Assembly (NCBI GenBank): GCA_021792255.1
Contig: JAJYUZ010000004.1
Span: 68,692 to 132,691 of the forward strand
Direction of reading: 5' to 3'
Source of the DNA: Thermoplasmata archaeon
GTDB lineage: Archaea; Thermoplasmatota; Thermoplasmata; Thermoplasmatales; GCA-001856825
DNA length: 64,000 nt
Shown: positions 48,504-57,123 of the stretch, in pieces
Layout: every line of letters starts with the position of its first letter
Position numbering within the stretch: position 1 is the stretch's first letter
Translations under genes and position numbers: made by a program
Notes under the pieces: generated by a model
Seen by the model: only the letters and a program-made list of their open reading frames with translations
Database searches by the model: none
What the model was told of the DNA's origin: nothing

Positions 48504-49529
48504 ATGCTGAAATCACTCTGTTCTAGTTGTGGAAAGGAAAGAGTCAGCTTTACGAACAGTCCTAATTGTGATTGTGGAGGGATCTTGGTACCCAGAATTG
48601 ACTTCAGGTATCGTGATGGTAGCTACCTTGTCAATTTTCCCTACCTTGACAGAGTAATCGATCTGGGAGAAACGGAAACGCCACTTGCAGAAATTGGTCG
48701 AGTAAAATTCAAGCTTGATTATTTTCAACCGACTTTCTCTTACAAAGACAGAGGAAGCAAGACATTGATTTCGAGCCTGAGCTCCAACCTCCCAAGAGGT
48801 TCCGAGATCAACGAAGATTCATCTGGGAATGCGGGCGCTTCGATTAGTGCTTATGGAGGTGCTGCGGGCTTCAAAGTGAACATATTTGCCCCAAAAGACA
48901 CCAAGCCCGGAAAGGTCAACCAAATAAGGGCATACGGAGCAGACATTCATCTTGTGACGGGCTCCAGGAAGGATGTGGCAGAAGCCGCGTCCAATCATTC
49001 TGGTTACTACGCAAGTCATGTGTTGAATCCAGAATTCAGAGATGGTATGAGACAACTGAGTTATGAAATTTTCAGGCAACTCAGCCACAAAATTCCAACA
49101 AGAGTCTTTGTCCCGGTTTCTGCAGGAACACTATTGCTCGGTCTCGTGTCGGGATTCGAACACCTTGTCGAATCGGGTGAAGCCTCAGGAGTACCAGAGA
49201 TCGTTGCTGTGCAAACGGAGGCGGTATGTCCTGTCTGTGCCGCAACAGACAATTTCGTGTATGATAAAGGCAATGGTAAGACCTCGGTAGCAGATGCTCT
49301 CGTCTCAAGAGAACCGGCACTCTTGCAGTTGATGGTGACAGAGCTGAAGAAATACGGGAAGTGTATCACGGTCACTGAGGATGAGATAATATCAGCCCGG
49401 TCAGCACTGGCGATGAAGGGTCTTTACGTTGAATACAGTTCCGCCACGGTATGGGCAGCCTACGAGAAAGGTCGTTACGATGGAGAGAACGTTTTGGTAC
49501 TGACAGGGAACGGTCTGAAGACTCCGTGA
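48504..49529 (+). CDS. Threonine-synthase-like PLP enzyme (fold type II) with N-terminal Cys4 zinc ribbon
   Basis: N-terminal CSSCGKE...CDCGG. PLP-lysine motif FQPTFSYKDRGS (compare the ThrC motif PTxSFKDRG), plus SSGNAGASISAY and PVSAGTLLLG. Confidence 0.7.
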   Translation: MLKSLCSSCGKERVSFTNSPNCDCGGILVPRIDFRYRDGSYLVNFPYLDRVIDLGETETPLAEIGRVKFKLDYFQPTFSYKDRGSKTLISSLSSNLPRGSEINEDSSGNAGASISAYGGAAGFKVNIFAPKDTKPGKVNQIRAYGADIHLVTGSRKDVAEAASNHSGYYASHVLNPEFRDGMRQLSYEIFRQLSHKIPTRVFVPVSAGTLLLGLVSGFEHLVESGEASGVPEIVAVQTEAVCPVCAATDNFVYDKGNGKTSVADALVSREPALLQLMVTELKKYGKCITVTEDEIISARSALAMKGLYVEYSSATVWAAYEKGRYDGENVLVLTGNGLKTP

Positions 49530-49596
49530 GTTATCGACATTCATGCAGAGATCCCTGAAGAACGATTGAAAGCCAGACGGAATTCTGTTTTAAAGT

Positions 49597-50475
49597 TCAC
49601 TTTTTTATGCCAGTCACTGCCAGTCCGGCCAAAATGACACTACCACCTATTATGGTGGTCAAACTGATTGGTTCAGAGATCAACACCGATGCAAAAATGA
49701 CGGTCACGAATGGAGTAATGTACAGGGTCGTTCCCGCGGTGATGGGTCTTACCTTCTTGAGACCATCAAACCACAGATAGTAACCGACAAATGTTGCCAG
49801 TATCCCTATGAATAGAAGCGAGACGATTAGGTAGACATTTCTGATAAAAAAGAGTGCAAAGATTCCTGAATTTACGAACGGAAGAAGCATGACCAATCCC
49901 ACGATCGAAACGTAGCCCGTAACATTGAGTGGATTGTGCTTCACTAACAGGTCCTTTCCAACGACGGTGAAAATCGCCCAGGACAAAGCACTCAAGAGGA
50001 CCAGAACTGCAGAGAACAGCTCTGACCGTACGAGACTTGTCGGTCTAAGGAGGATCACCATTCCTATTGTAGATACGAGAAGGCCCGTTACGACCATCCA
50101 GGACAGATTGTCCTTCTTGAGGGATATACCCAGAACGACTATGAATATCGGTTCAAAAGAGACTATGAAGCTGGCATCACCCGCCGATAATCCATTCTCT
50201 CCCAAAATAAACAACAGCTGATAGAGAAGCACTCCAGTCAAGGCTAGAATTACTATCTTCACCATTTCTCCCACATTGTATCTCTCTCGAGTAAGAAACA
50301 ACACGGGAACGAACATCACTGCCGCTATCAAAAATCTCGAGAACGCGATCTGTTGAGGATCGAGGAACGAAAGAGAGTACTTCATGAGAACATAAGTTAT
50401 CCCCCATATGATCGAAGTCACGACAAGTTCGATATAACCTATCGCCGCCTGTTTTCGTACCATTTTCGATCCCAT
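49597..50475 (-). CDS. EamA/DMT-superfamily transporter
   Basis: 292 aa with about 10 TM helices in two similar halves. WGITYVLMKY / WAIFTVVGK are typical EamA repeat openings. Confidence 0.7.
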   Translation of the reverse strand: MGSKMVRKQAAIGYIELVVTSIIWGITYVLMKYSLSFLDPQQIAFSRFLIAAVMFVPVLFLTRERYNVGEMVKIVILALTGVLLYQLLFILGENGLSAGDASFIVSFEPIFIVVLGISLKKDNLSWMVVTGLLVSTIGMVILLRPTSLVRSELFSAVLVLLSALSWAIFTVVGKDLLVKHNPLNVTGYVSIVGLVMLLPFVNSGIFALFFIRNVYLIVSLLFIGILATFVGYYLWFDGLKKVRPITAGTTLYITPFVTVIFASVLISEPISLTTIIGGSVILAGLAVTGIKK

Positions 50476-50523
50476 ATTACGTACTGCAATAAAAAAATAA
50501 ATAGGGCCTGTCGATTGGGTTTA

Positions 50524-51171
50524 ATGTTCTACTTGGACCCAGGAATATTTCTAGCCGCGATGGGAATAACCCTCCTTGAAATATCCGAAGCCTCTGCAGT
50601 CGGATTGGCCATTTCCGCAGAGGGAGGGAATAAAGCATTCCTTTACGTTGCTCTTGGAGTCCTTATTGTGCTGATTATTACTTTTGCAGTCGGTCAGCAG
50701 ATTGCAAGGCTGCCAATCCTGTACGTAAGACTTGTGGCTGCAGTATTGCTCCTATACTTTGGGTTGCGACTCGCAAGAAGCGCAAGGAGAGCAGTAGTGA
50801 GATCAAGAAGTTCCGTATCACAAAAAGAAGAGAGTATTGAGAAGGGAATTTTCTACACAGCCTTCTCCGTGGGTCTTGTGGAGTCATTTGAAGCTGCGAT
50901 TGTACTCGTTGCCCTCATACCTATGAACTTCGACTCGACCCTTTATGGCTTGGTACTCGGATTGCTGATAGTAGTCGTAGGAACCGTAGTCTTGAAGTCA
51001 CAGGTCAGGAAGATAAAGCAGGTCAATATGAAGGTAGTGGTCTCGGCCCTTCTCTTGGCATTTTCTGCGTTCTGGTTTGGTGAAGCTGCGACGAATCTGT
51101 CCGATCTCTGGTTGGTTCCTCTATTCATCGTATTCGGAGTGGCTATCTACATCTTTGCTCATAGAAGATAA
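50524..51171 (+). CDS. Hypothetical 6-TM membrane protein with internal duplication
   Basis: ATG at 50524 is preferred, because the track start at 50353 overlaps the EamA gene. The two halves each open with a similar acidic TM motif: LLEISEASAVGLA and LVESFEAAIVLVA. Confidence 0.5.
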   Translation: MFYLDPGIFLAAMGITLLEISEASAVGLAISAEGGNKAFLYVALGVLIVLIITFAVGQQIARLPILYVRLVAAVLLLYFGLRLARSARRAVVRSRSSVSQKEESIEKGIFYTAFSVGLVESFEAAIVLVALIPMNFDSTLYGLVLGLLIVVVGTVVLKSQVRKIKQVNMKVVVSALLLAFSAFWFGEAATNLSDLWLVPLFIVFGVAIYIFAHRR

Positions 51172-51334
51172 CAAATGTAAGCCACGAAAACTATCGGCCA
51201 GTTTGGAAAAACATGGTGAAAGGAGTCTAATCGCCGAATCCACTTTACTATTCTAGGTGTGCTAAACCAGTTTTTCACACCTTTCGGTACTACCAGGTAG
51301 AGCAAAATAATCACAAAATAAATATATAGTCAAA

Positions 51335-51350
51335 TTTAAGTGCACTTAAA
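51335..51350. promoter_or_regulatory. 16-bp perfect palindrome TTTAAGTGCACTTAAA abutting the surface-protein start codon
   Basis: Read directly. It lies between the TATA-like aaatatatag (51320-51329) and ATG 51351, which is an operator-like position. Confidence 0.35.
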
Positions 51351-52709
51351 ATGAATAGAAGACTGTTGTCGATATTGACATTTTCGGTGATTGTAGCACT
51401 GACTGTATCTGTCTTCATGTCAGCGCAATCGGCCTACGGAGCATCAGGGACTTCAACGATAGAGGTGCCTTCTCTGGTGCTTAACATCACTGCAGGAAGC
51501 AGCATCTCAACAAACTACACGGTCAAGCTGACCTCGGGAACTACGTGGGGGACAAACATTGCATATAAATCCTCTTCGGGAATATCCGCTTCGTTCAGCG
51601 TAGCGACGGGAGATCCAACATACAGCGGAGTAATGACTGTCAAGGTTTCATCATCAGTAGCGACCGGCTCATACACGCTATCATTGTATGCAACCGGAGA
51701 CGATCCGTCTAGTAACACTAACCTTACGGTCAACGTGGCTGCTCCCGCAGTAGCAAAAGGAACCTCGACCATAGAGCTATCTTCCTCGAGTCTGGACGTG
51801 ACTGCAGGAACGAGCGCAACCACTGACTATGTCGTGAGTTTATCATCAGGAACTGCAGGGCAGACGAGCATTTCGTACGAATCACACAGCGGCATATCGG
51901 CCACCTTCAGCGTCCCTTCTGGAGTTCCGAATTTCAATGGCACGATGACTGTTTCAGTTGCTTCATCCGTAGCAGCTGGATCATACACCCTCTCGCTTAA
52001 TGCCACTGGTTCTGACCCAGCGGGTCAAACCAATCTTACGGTCAAAGTGGCTGCACCAGCGGTCACAAAGGAAGTCATATTGCACTCTGAAAAGACCATC
52101 CAGGTCGATGCCAAATCAAGCAATTCTTACTCGGTTAGCGTAACCTCTCCCGGATCCTACAACCTCACCGTACTGATAGCTCCAGGCACCTACGCAAAGA
52201 TTAACAACACGATGGAATCAGTTTACAACTTCACACTTGCGACGTTTAACGAGAACTCCAGTTTCCCTTCTCCATCATCCAATTTCACGGTCCAATTCTT
52301 TTTCGTATTTGAGGTAAACCATCTGGTGACGGGGCATATAATGTTCGTCAACTCAAGTGGAGACGCTGTACCGGTAATGACAGAGATTAACTCTCCTTCA
52401 AACTGGACCAGCTATACCTTCTTGGGAGGAGGGCTAATAAACAACGGAAGTGCTTACAATTATGCAAACGGAACCTATGCATTCGCGAATACCTGGACTT
52501 TCAACAGCACATCGAAGGAACTTGTAAATGACCAGTTCGTTAGCCCGGTTCCATGGGTATTCCTAGAGCAGGCCGGGCACAAGCTTACTCCATCGACCAA
52601 CTATGGCTCATCTACCACTATTTACCTGGTAATTTCAGTGATAGTCGTTGTAGCAATAATCGGAGTGGTCCTCGGCACGCGATTCAGCAAGAACAAGGAT
52701 AAGAAGTGA
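51351..52709 (+). CDS. Surface (S-layer/adhesin-like) glycoprotein with tandem Ig-like repeats and C-terminal anchor
   Basis: Signal peptide LLSILTFSVIVALTVSVFMSAQSAYGA. Two tandem 104-aa repeats, Ser/Thr-rich composition, many N-x-S/T sequons, and a C-terminal TM helix plus RFSKNKDKK. Confidence 0.7.
   Translation: MNRRLLSILTFSVIVALTVSVFMSAQSAYGASGTSTIEVPSLVLNITAGSSISTNYTVKLTSGTTWGTNIAYKSSSGISASFSVATGDPTYSGVMTVKVSSSVATGSYTLSLYATGDDPSSNTNLTVNVAAPAVAKGTSTIELSSSSLDVTAGTSATTDYVVSLSSGTAGQTSISYESHSGISATFSVPSGVPNFNGTMTVSVASSVAAGSYTLSLNATGSDPAGQTNLTVKVAAPAVTKEVILHSEKTIQVDAKSSNSYSVSVTSPGSYNLTVLIAPGTYAKINNTMESVYNFTLATFNENSSFPSPSSNFTVQFFFVFEVNHLVTGHIMFVNSSGDAVPVMTEINSPSNWTSYTFLGGGLINNGSAYNYANGTYAFANTWTFNSTSKELVNDQFVSPVPWVFLEQAGHKLTPSTNYGSSTTIYLVISVIVVVAIIGVVLGTRFSKNKDKK
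51447..52070 (+). repeat. Tandem duplication of a 312-nt (104-aa) coding unit
   Basis: Copy 1 is 51447-51758 and copy 2 is 51759-52070. My hand alignment gives 66 of 104 identical residues (GTSTIE...SGISA.FSV...GSYTLSL.ATG.DP...TNLTV.VAAPAV.K). Confidence 0.85.
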
Positions 52710-52737
52710 CTTGTGTACCGGAATTAATTTCTAATGA

Positions 52738-52745
52738 TTTTTTTT
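52738..52745 (+). terminator. Oligo-T tract (T8, followed by further T-runs) after the surface-protein gene
   Basis: The T8 begins 29 nt after the stop, followed by ttac-ttttt-c-atttt. Confidence 0.4.
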
Positions 52746-53086
52746 ATTACTTTTTCATTTTACTCATTTATTCTCTTTTTGCTGAATTGATTCAATAAAT
52801 CACCTAGAGATGTCAGAAACATCTCATCCGTATTCCGTAAGGAACATAACGTTCGGCTGATTTTCGAAGATTACTTGAGGACATTCCTACCAAGGTCTAT
52901 AGGTCAAATGGTGTGATTTTGATTTTGTTACTTGCCAACAGCTGTCCGCTTCACAAAATACATAATAGACTTAGCGGTAGTCACTACGGAAAATCCGATT
53001 GCTTTTTTAAAAGATCTGTCCTGTGGACGAGAAGTTTTAGAAGAAATCAGCGAAATTTAATGTCGGTACATTAATCCGATATCCAA

Positions 53087-53159
53087 TGGGCTCGGCCGGA
53101 TTTGAACCGGCGGCCTTCGCTGTGTGAGAGCGATGTCATAACCACTAGACCACGAGCCC
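53087..53159 (-). tRNA. tRNA-Val (anticodon CAC)
   Basis: Minus-strand sequence is GGGCTCG-TG-GTC..GAC-A-TCGCT-CTCACAC-AGCGA-..-GCCGG-TTCAAAT-CCGGC-CGAGCCC-A. Cloverleaf of 73 nt. Confidence 0.9.
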
Positions 53160-53299
53160 CGAGGTTAATTTTCTTGACGGTTATTACTTTTGCTTCTATT
53201 AATAAGATGTCTCATCTAACGTCACACTGTGACTTTATCCTCTTTAACCCGAGTCTACTGAACATATGGTTCGATGAGATTTTGAAGTGATATATCACC

Positions 53300-53690
53300 A
53301 TTTTGATCCTGTTGACACATCCTAATTCCTCTTCACGACAACTCAGATATATCCACAATCCAATATGTCCTTTAGGGTTGCGAATGTTCTCTCAATTTCC
53401 ATTCTCGTGAATGTCTCTAAGATTCATTCTTTCTTATTTCTATTCCGTCATTCCTTTCATTTGAGAGCCTTTCCTCGACTATTCTTCTTCTCTTTTTGGG
53501 TCTATGACAAGGAAGGATTTTGTGCTCTTGAATTCATAATCATTTATGTCAGAGGAATCGTAAGTTGCATCAATCATAACGTGTTCATGTTCACCAAGTG
53601 AGTCCATGAGAGGGAAGGCCATGTTTTGGTCGAATGGTGATGCAGCCTTAACCACATACTCATCTGTTGAAATTTAATCCGTCTCACAAG
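53300..53690 (-). pseudogene. C-terminal remnant of an IS4/IS5-type DDE transposase (multiple frameshifts/stops)
   Basis: The minus strand reads ..HVMIDATYDSSDINDYEFKSTKSFLVIDPK.. (D-x-x-Y-D.. DDE region). Then, in shifted frames, KKRRRIVEERLSNERNDGIEIRKNES and LETFTRMEIERTFATLKDILDCGYI (R..IE..F..LK motif). The N-terminal half is absent. Confidence 0.55.
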
Positions 53691-53720
53691 TGGTGATAGT
53701 CTTTTATCAACCTTGCGATC

Positions 53721-54725
53721 ATGATGAGATTGAACGACTATTCTCTGACAAACTACACCTTCGATCTACCAAAGGATCTTATAAGGCAGGTGCCCCCAGA
53801 AGATAGGACAAGCTGCAGACTGATGATTATTGACAATAAGAAAATCCATCACTCCAATTTCCAAGAAATACCGAAGATTTTGAAAAAAGGTGATGTCATT
53901 GTTCTGAACAAGACCAGGGTAAGGAAGTCACTCGTTTTTGGAAGAAAAATCACGGGTGGAAAACTCGAGATCAATTTCCTGAAGAAGCAACAGAACGGAT
54001 TTTCAGCTCTGATTAAGGGAAGGATCAAAGACGGAGACACTTTTGAAATTGGAAACAAGGTAGTCAAGGTTGGTTCTGATGCAGAAGGATTTAGAACTAT
54101 TGAAGGAGAAGTTGACTGGAATTTTATCGAGAAAATAGGCCACCTCCCCCTTCCGCCCTATATCAAAGAGAGAAAAGACTATCAGTATTACCAGAATGAA
54201 ATAGGTATCCAAACGGGCTCCATCGCAGCCCCTACAGCCAGTCTTCACTTCAGCAAAGAGATGCTGGATTCGTTGACAAAAAAAGGGGTAAAAGTTAATT
54301 ATGTTCTTCTCGAGGTGGGATATGGAACCTATAAAGAGATCAAAGACGAAAACATCAGAAACCACATAGTAGATGAAGAGAATATCGAAGTCTCCAGAGA
54401 CGTCGTGGCGGACATTGAAAGCGCAAGAGGGAATGTCCTCGCTGTAGGAACTACGGTAATGAGGGCCTTGGAAACGTCTTCTTATCCGGGCAGAATGAAT
54501 CCCTACAAAGGACTCACTAGAATTTTCATATATCCGGGATGGAAATTCAACTCACCCGTGACACATCTCGTCACAAATTTTCACATTCCGAGAAGTTCGC
54601 TCCTTTCCCTAGTCTATGCATTCGGTGGAGAAGAGAGAATCAAAGAGGCGTACAGAGAAGCGATAGAAGAACGGTACTACTTTTACAGCCTCGGGGATGC
54701 AATGATGATGGATAAATCCCCCTAA
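53721..54725 (+). CDS. queA: S-adenosylmethionine:tRNA ribosyltransferase-isomerase
   Basis: 334 aa and collinear with bacterial QueA. Shared motifs are FDLPKDLIRQVP..DRTSCRLM, LNKTRV, GHLPLPPYI, IAAPTASLHFS, AVGTTVMRALE, LVTNFHIPRSSLL and YYFYSLGDAMMM. Confidence 0.85.
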   Translation: MMRLNDYSLTNYTFDLPKDLIRQVPPEDRTSCRLMIIDNKKIHHSNFQEIPKILKKGDVIVLNKTRVRKSLVFGRKITGGKLEINFLKKQQNGFSALIKGRIKDGDTFEIGNKVVKVGSDAEGFRTIEGEVDWNFIEKIGHLPLPPYIKERKDYQYYQNEIGIQTGSIAAPTASLHFSKEMLDSLTKKGVKVNYVLLEVGYGTYKEIKDENIRNHIVDEENIEVSRDVVADIESARGNVLAVGTTVMRALETSSYPGRMNPYKGLTRIFIYPGWKFNSPVTHLVTNFHIPRSSLLSLVYAFGGEERIKEAYREAIEERYYFYSLGDAMMMDKSP

Positions 54726-55087
54726 TTCTTTGCGTTTCCTTTCTGGTAGAGCTTGTTTATTTCTTCGGTTATGGTCTTTAACTTTGAGTTCAGTTGATTA
54801 ACTTGTTCCTTTATGGTCTTCAATCGCATCTCAGCGATCTCCACATCCTCTTCTATTTCCTTCTTAAAGGAGTCCACGTCCTTGACCCTTACTAAGATGG
54901 ATCCTACTCCCCTGTAAATCTCATCGTCTGAGTTTGATTTGTTGAGATAATCAAGAGTTTTCTTGTCTTCTCTGGACTTGACTTCATATTGATACTGCTG
55001 AGCAAGGAGAGTTTCGAGTTGCTTTTGAACCGTTTCTGCCTGTTTCATCTGGTCCTGTACATACGGCCCTAGGTTTAAATCGACCAT
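54722..55087 (-). CDS. pfdB: Prefoldin subunit beta
   Basis: 121 aa. Coiled-coil ends flank the central DDEIYRGVGSILVRV beta-hairpin region. Confidence 0.8.
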   Translation of the reverse strand: MVDLNLGPYVQDQMKQAETVQKQLETLLAQQYQYEVKSREDKKTLDYLNKSNSDDEIYRGVGSILVRVKDVDSFKKEIEEDVEIAEMRLKTIKEQVNQLNSKLKTITEEINKLYQKGNAKN

Positions 55088-55204
55088 CTTTTCTTAAATG
55101 TATAATGGATAATAAACTATTTCTGACCTATAAGCATAATTCGTTTGATTTTGAATACAGAATAGAAAATGCTAATATTCCTAATTCTGTATAATGAACT
55201 CATC

Positions 55205-57058
55205 ATGTATGGAGTTAATGGAAAGGTCCTCTGGGTCAATCTTAGTGACCGGACATTCAAAGAGGAAGAGATTGCCGAGGACGTATACAGAAAGTACCTT
55301 ACGGGTTATGGATTGGGAGTTTATATTCTGAACAGAGAGATGTCAGGGAAGGAAGATCCGCTGGGCCCGGATAATATTCTAGGAGTAATGACGGGGATCT
55401 TTAATAGTCACGGCGTTCCCTTAGGTGGACGACTGGAAATCGTAGCCAAGTCACCGGCAACAGGTACATGGGGCGATTCAAACTGTGGAGGAAAATTTGG
55501 ACCCGAGCTTAAGAACGCTGGATTTGATGCGGTCTTCTTTAGGGGGATATCAAGTGATCCCGTCTATCTGAAGATAGTAGACGGAAAATATTCGCTAGAA
55601 AGTGCCCAGGAAATCTGGGGCAAAGACGCATACGAGACTGAGGATTATCTCAGGAAAATTGAGCCAAAGGGGCAGGCTCTTGTGATTGGTGTTCCTGCGG
55701 AGAAAAAGCTGCTGATATCGTCAATCATGAATGATTACGGGAGGGCAGCAGGGAGATCAGGATTGGGCGCGGTAATGGGTTCGAAGAGGGTGAAGGGTGT
55801 TCTTGTCAGGGGATCTAGGAAGGCATATCCCTACGACAGAGAAATGTTGACACAGACGAACAAGGAAATTCAGATCCTGTTCAACAAAAATATTGAATTA
55901 GCAAGACCTTGGCAACTCTTCGGTACTACTTCGATAACGGAGCCGGGCCATCTGAATGGAGACACTCCGATCAAGAACTGGGCCGGAGTTGGGCTGACAG
56001 ACTTCGGAGAAGACAACGCAAAGAAAATCAGCGGCGAAGAGATCGCGAAGGATAAAATTAGGTCGTACGGTTGCGCTCAGTGCACCCTAGCGTGCGGCGG
56101 CCACGTCAAAAGAAACACCAAGTACGGTCCCCTTGAAGGGCACAGGTTGGAGTATGAAGGAACGGGATCGTTTGGTGGTCTTAACCTCAACTCTGACTTG
56201 GATGCGATGTCTATGGCGTTTGAGCTGTGTAATAGGGCGGGGTTGGATATAATCTCAGCTGGAGCGGTCATCGCCTTCACTAACGAATGCTCTGAAAAGG
56301 GGATCCTGACAGAGAAAGACACTGGATTCCGCATTGGTTTCGGTGATCCAGATGCTATGATAGAGATGGTCAAACGGTTAGCAACAGGAGAAGGAATCTG
56401 GGCCGTTCTAGGAATGGGTGCCGAAATGGCTTCTAAGAAAATCGGGAAAGGGAGCGAGAAGTTTGCTATGCACGTTCACGGACAGGATCTCCCGATGCAC
56501 GATCCAAAGCTAATGCCAAGTCTTGCGACCACCTATTTGGCCGATCCTACTCCCGGAAGACATACTGCAGGCGGGATTGGGTTTGACGAAGGTGGATCTC
56601 TGACCCTGCCATTTGAATACCCAGATTCGGGGACGAAGATAGATAGATACACTATTGAAGGAAAAGGGAGAATACAGTCTCTGTCCGTGTACGGAATGCA
56701 GGTCATGAATGCAACAGGAATGTGTCAGTTTTCTACGGCAGTATGGCCCAACGCTTACCCCTACGTCAGACTCTTTAAGGCGATAATGGGTTGGGACATG
56801 ACCCCTGACGAATTGATGCAGGTGGGAAAGAGAATACAGGTTGCAAGACACCTTTTCAACTATAAGGCAGGGGTAAACGTAAGGGGAATCAGTCCGCAGG
56901 GAAGGATGATCGGAAATCCCCCACTGGAAGATGGACCAACAGGCGGTATCACAATAGACTATGACACTTTGGTCAAGGAGTACCTAGAAGAGATCGGCAT
57001 AGGAAGAGACGGAAGACCTACGGATCAAGTTCTGGAGAATCTTGGGATCGAAGGATGA
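55205..57058 (+). CDS. aor: Aldehyde:ferredoxin oxidoreductase family (tungstopterin) enzyme
   Basis: Starts MYGVNGKVLWVNLSD, the typical AOR N-terminus. Also has GLGAVMGSKRVKG and the CAQCTLACGG 4Fe-4S cysteine motif. The track start at 55169 adds 12 unlikely residues. Confidence 0.85.
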   Translation: MYGVNGKVLWVNLSDRTFKEEEIAEDVYRKYLTGYGLGVYILNREMSGKEDPLGPDNILGVMTGIFNSHGVPLGGRLEIVAKSPATGTWGDSNCGGKFGPELKNAGFDAVFFRGISSDPVYLKIVDGKYSLESAQEIWGKDAYETEDYLRKIEPKGQALVIGVPAEKKLLISSIMNDYGRAAGRSGLGAVMGSKRVKGVLVRGSRKAYPYDREMLTQTNKEIQILFNKNIELARPWQLFGTTSITEPGHLNGDTPIKNWAGVGLTDFGEDNAKKISGEEIAKDKIRSYGCAQCTLACGGHVKRNTKYGPLEGHRLEYEGTGSFGGLNLNSDLDAMSMAFELCNRAGLDIISAGAVIAFTNECSEKGILTEKDTGFRIGFGDPDAMIEMVKRLATGEGIWAVLGMGAEMASKKIGKGSEKFAMHVHGQDLPMHDPKLMPSLATTYLADPTPGRHTAGGIGFDEGGSLTLPFEYPDSGTKIDRYTIEGKGRIQSLSVYGMQVMNATGMCQFSTAVWPNAYPYVRLFKAIMGWDMTPDELMQVGKRIQVARHLFNYKAGVNVRGISPQGRMIGNPPLEDGPTGGITIDYDTLVKEYLEEIGIGRDGRPTDQVLENLGIEG

Positions 57059-57123
57059 TGGAGTGAGATAGCCAAACAAAGTTGTCTGAACGCTACTCCG
57101 AAGATATCTTTCTGGTTCTGTTC

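Noticed and set aside
50353-50523. N-terminal 57-aa extension of the membrane protein ORF (track start 50353)
   Set aside because: The extension overlaps the 5' end of the convergent/divergent EamA gene and is hydrophilic junk-like sequence. ATG 50524 starts directly at the first TM helix.
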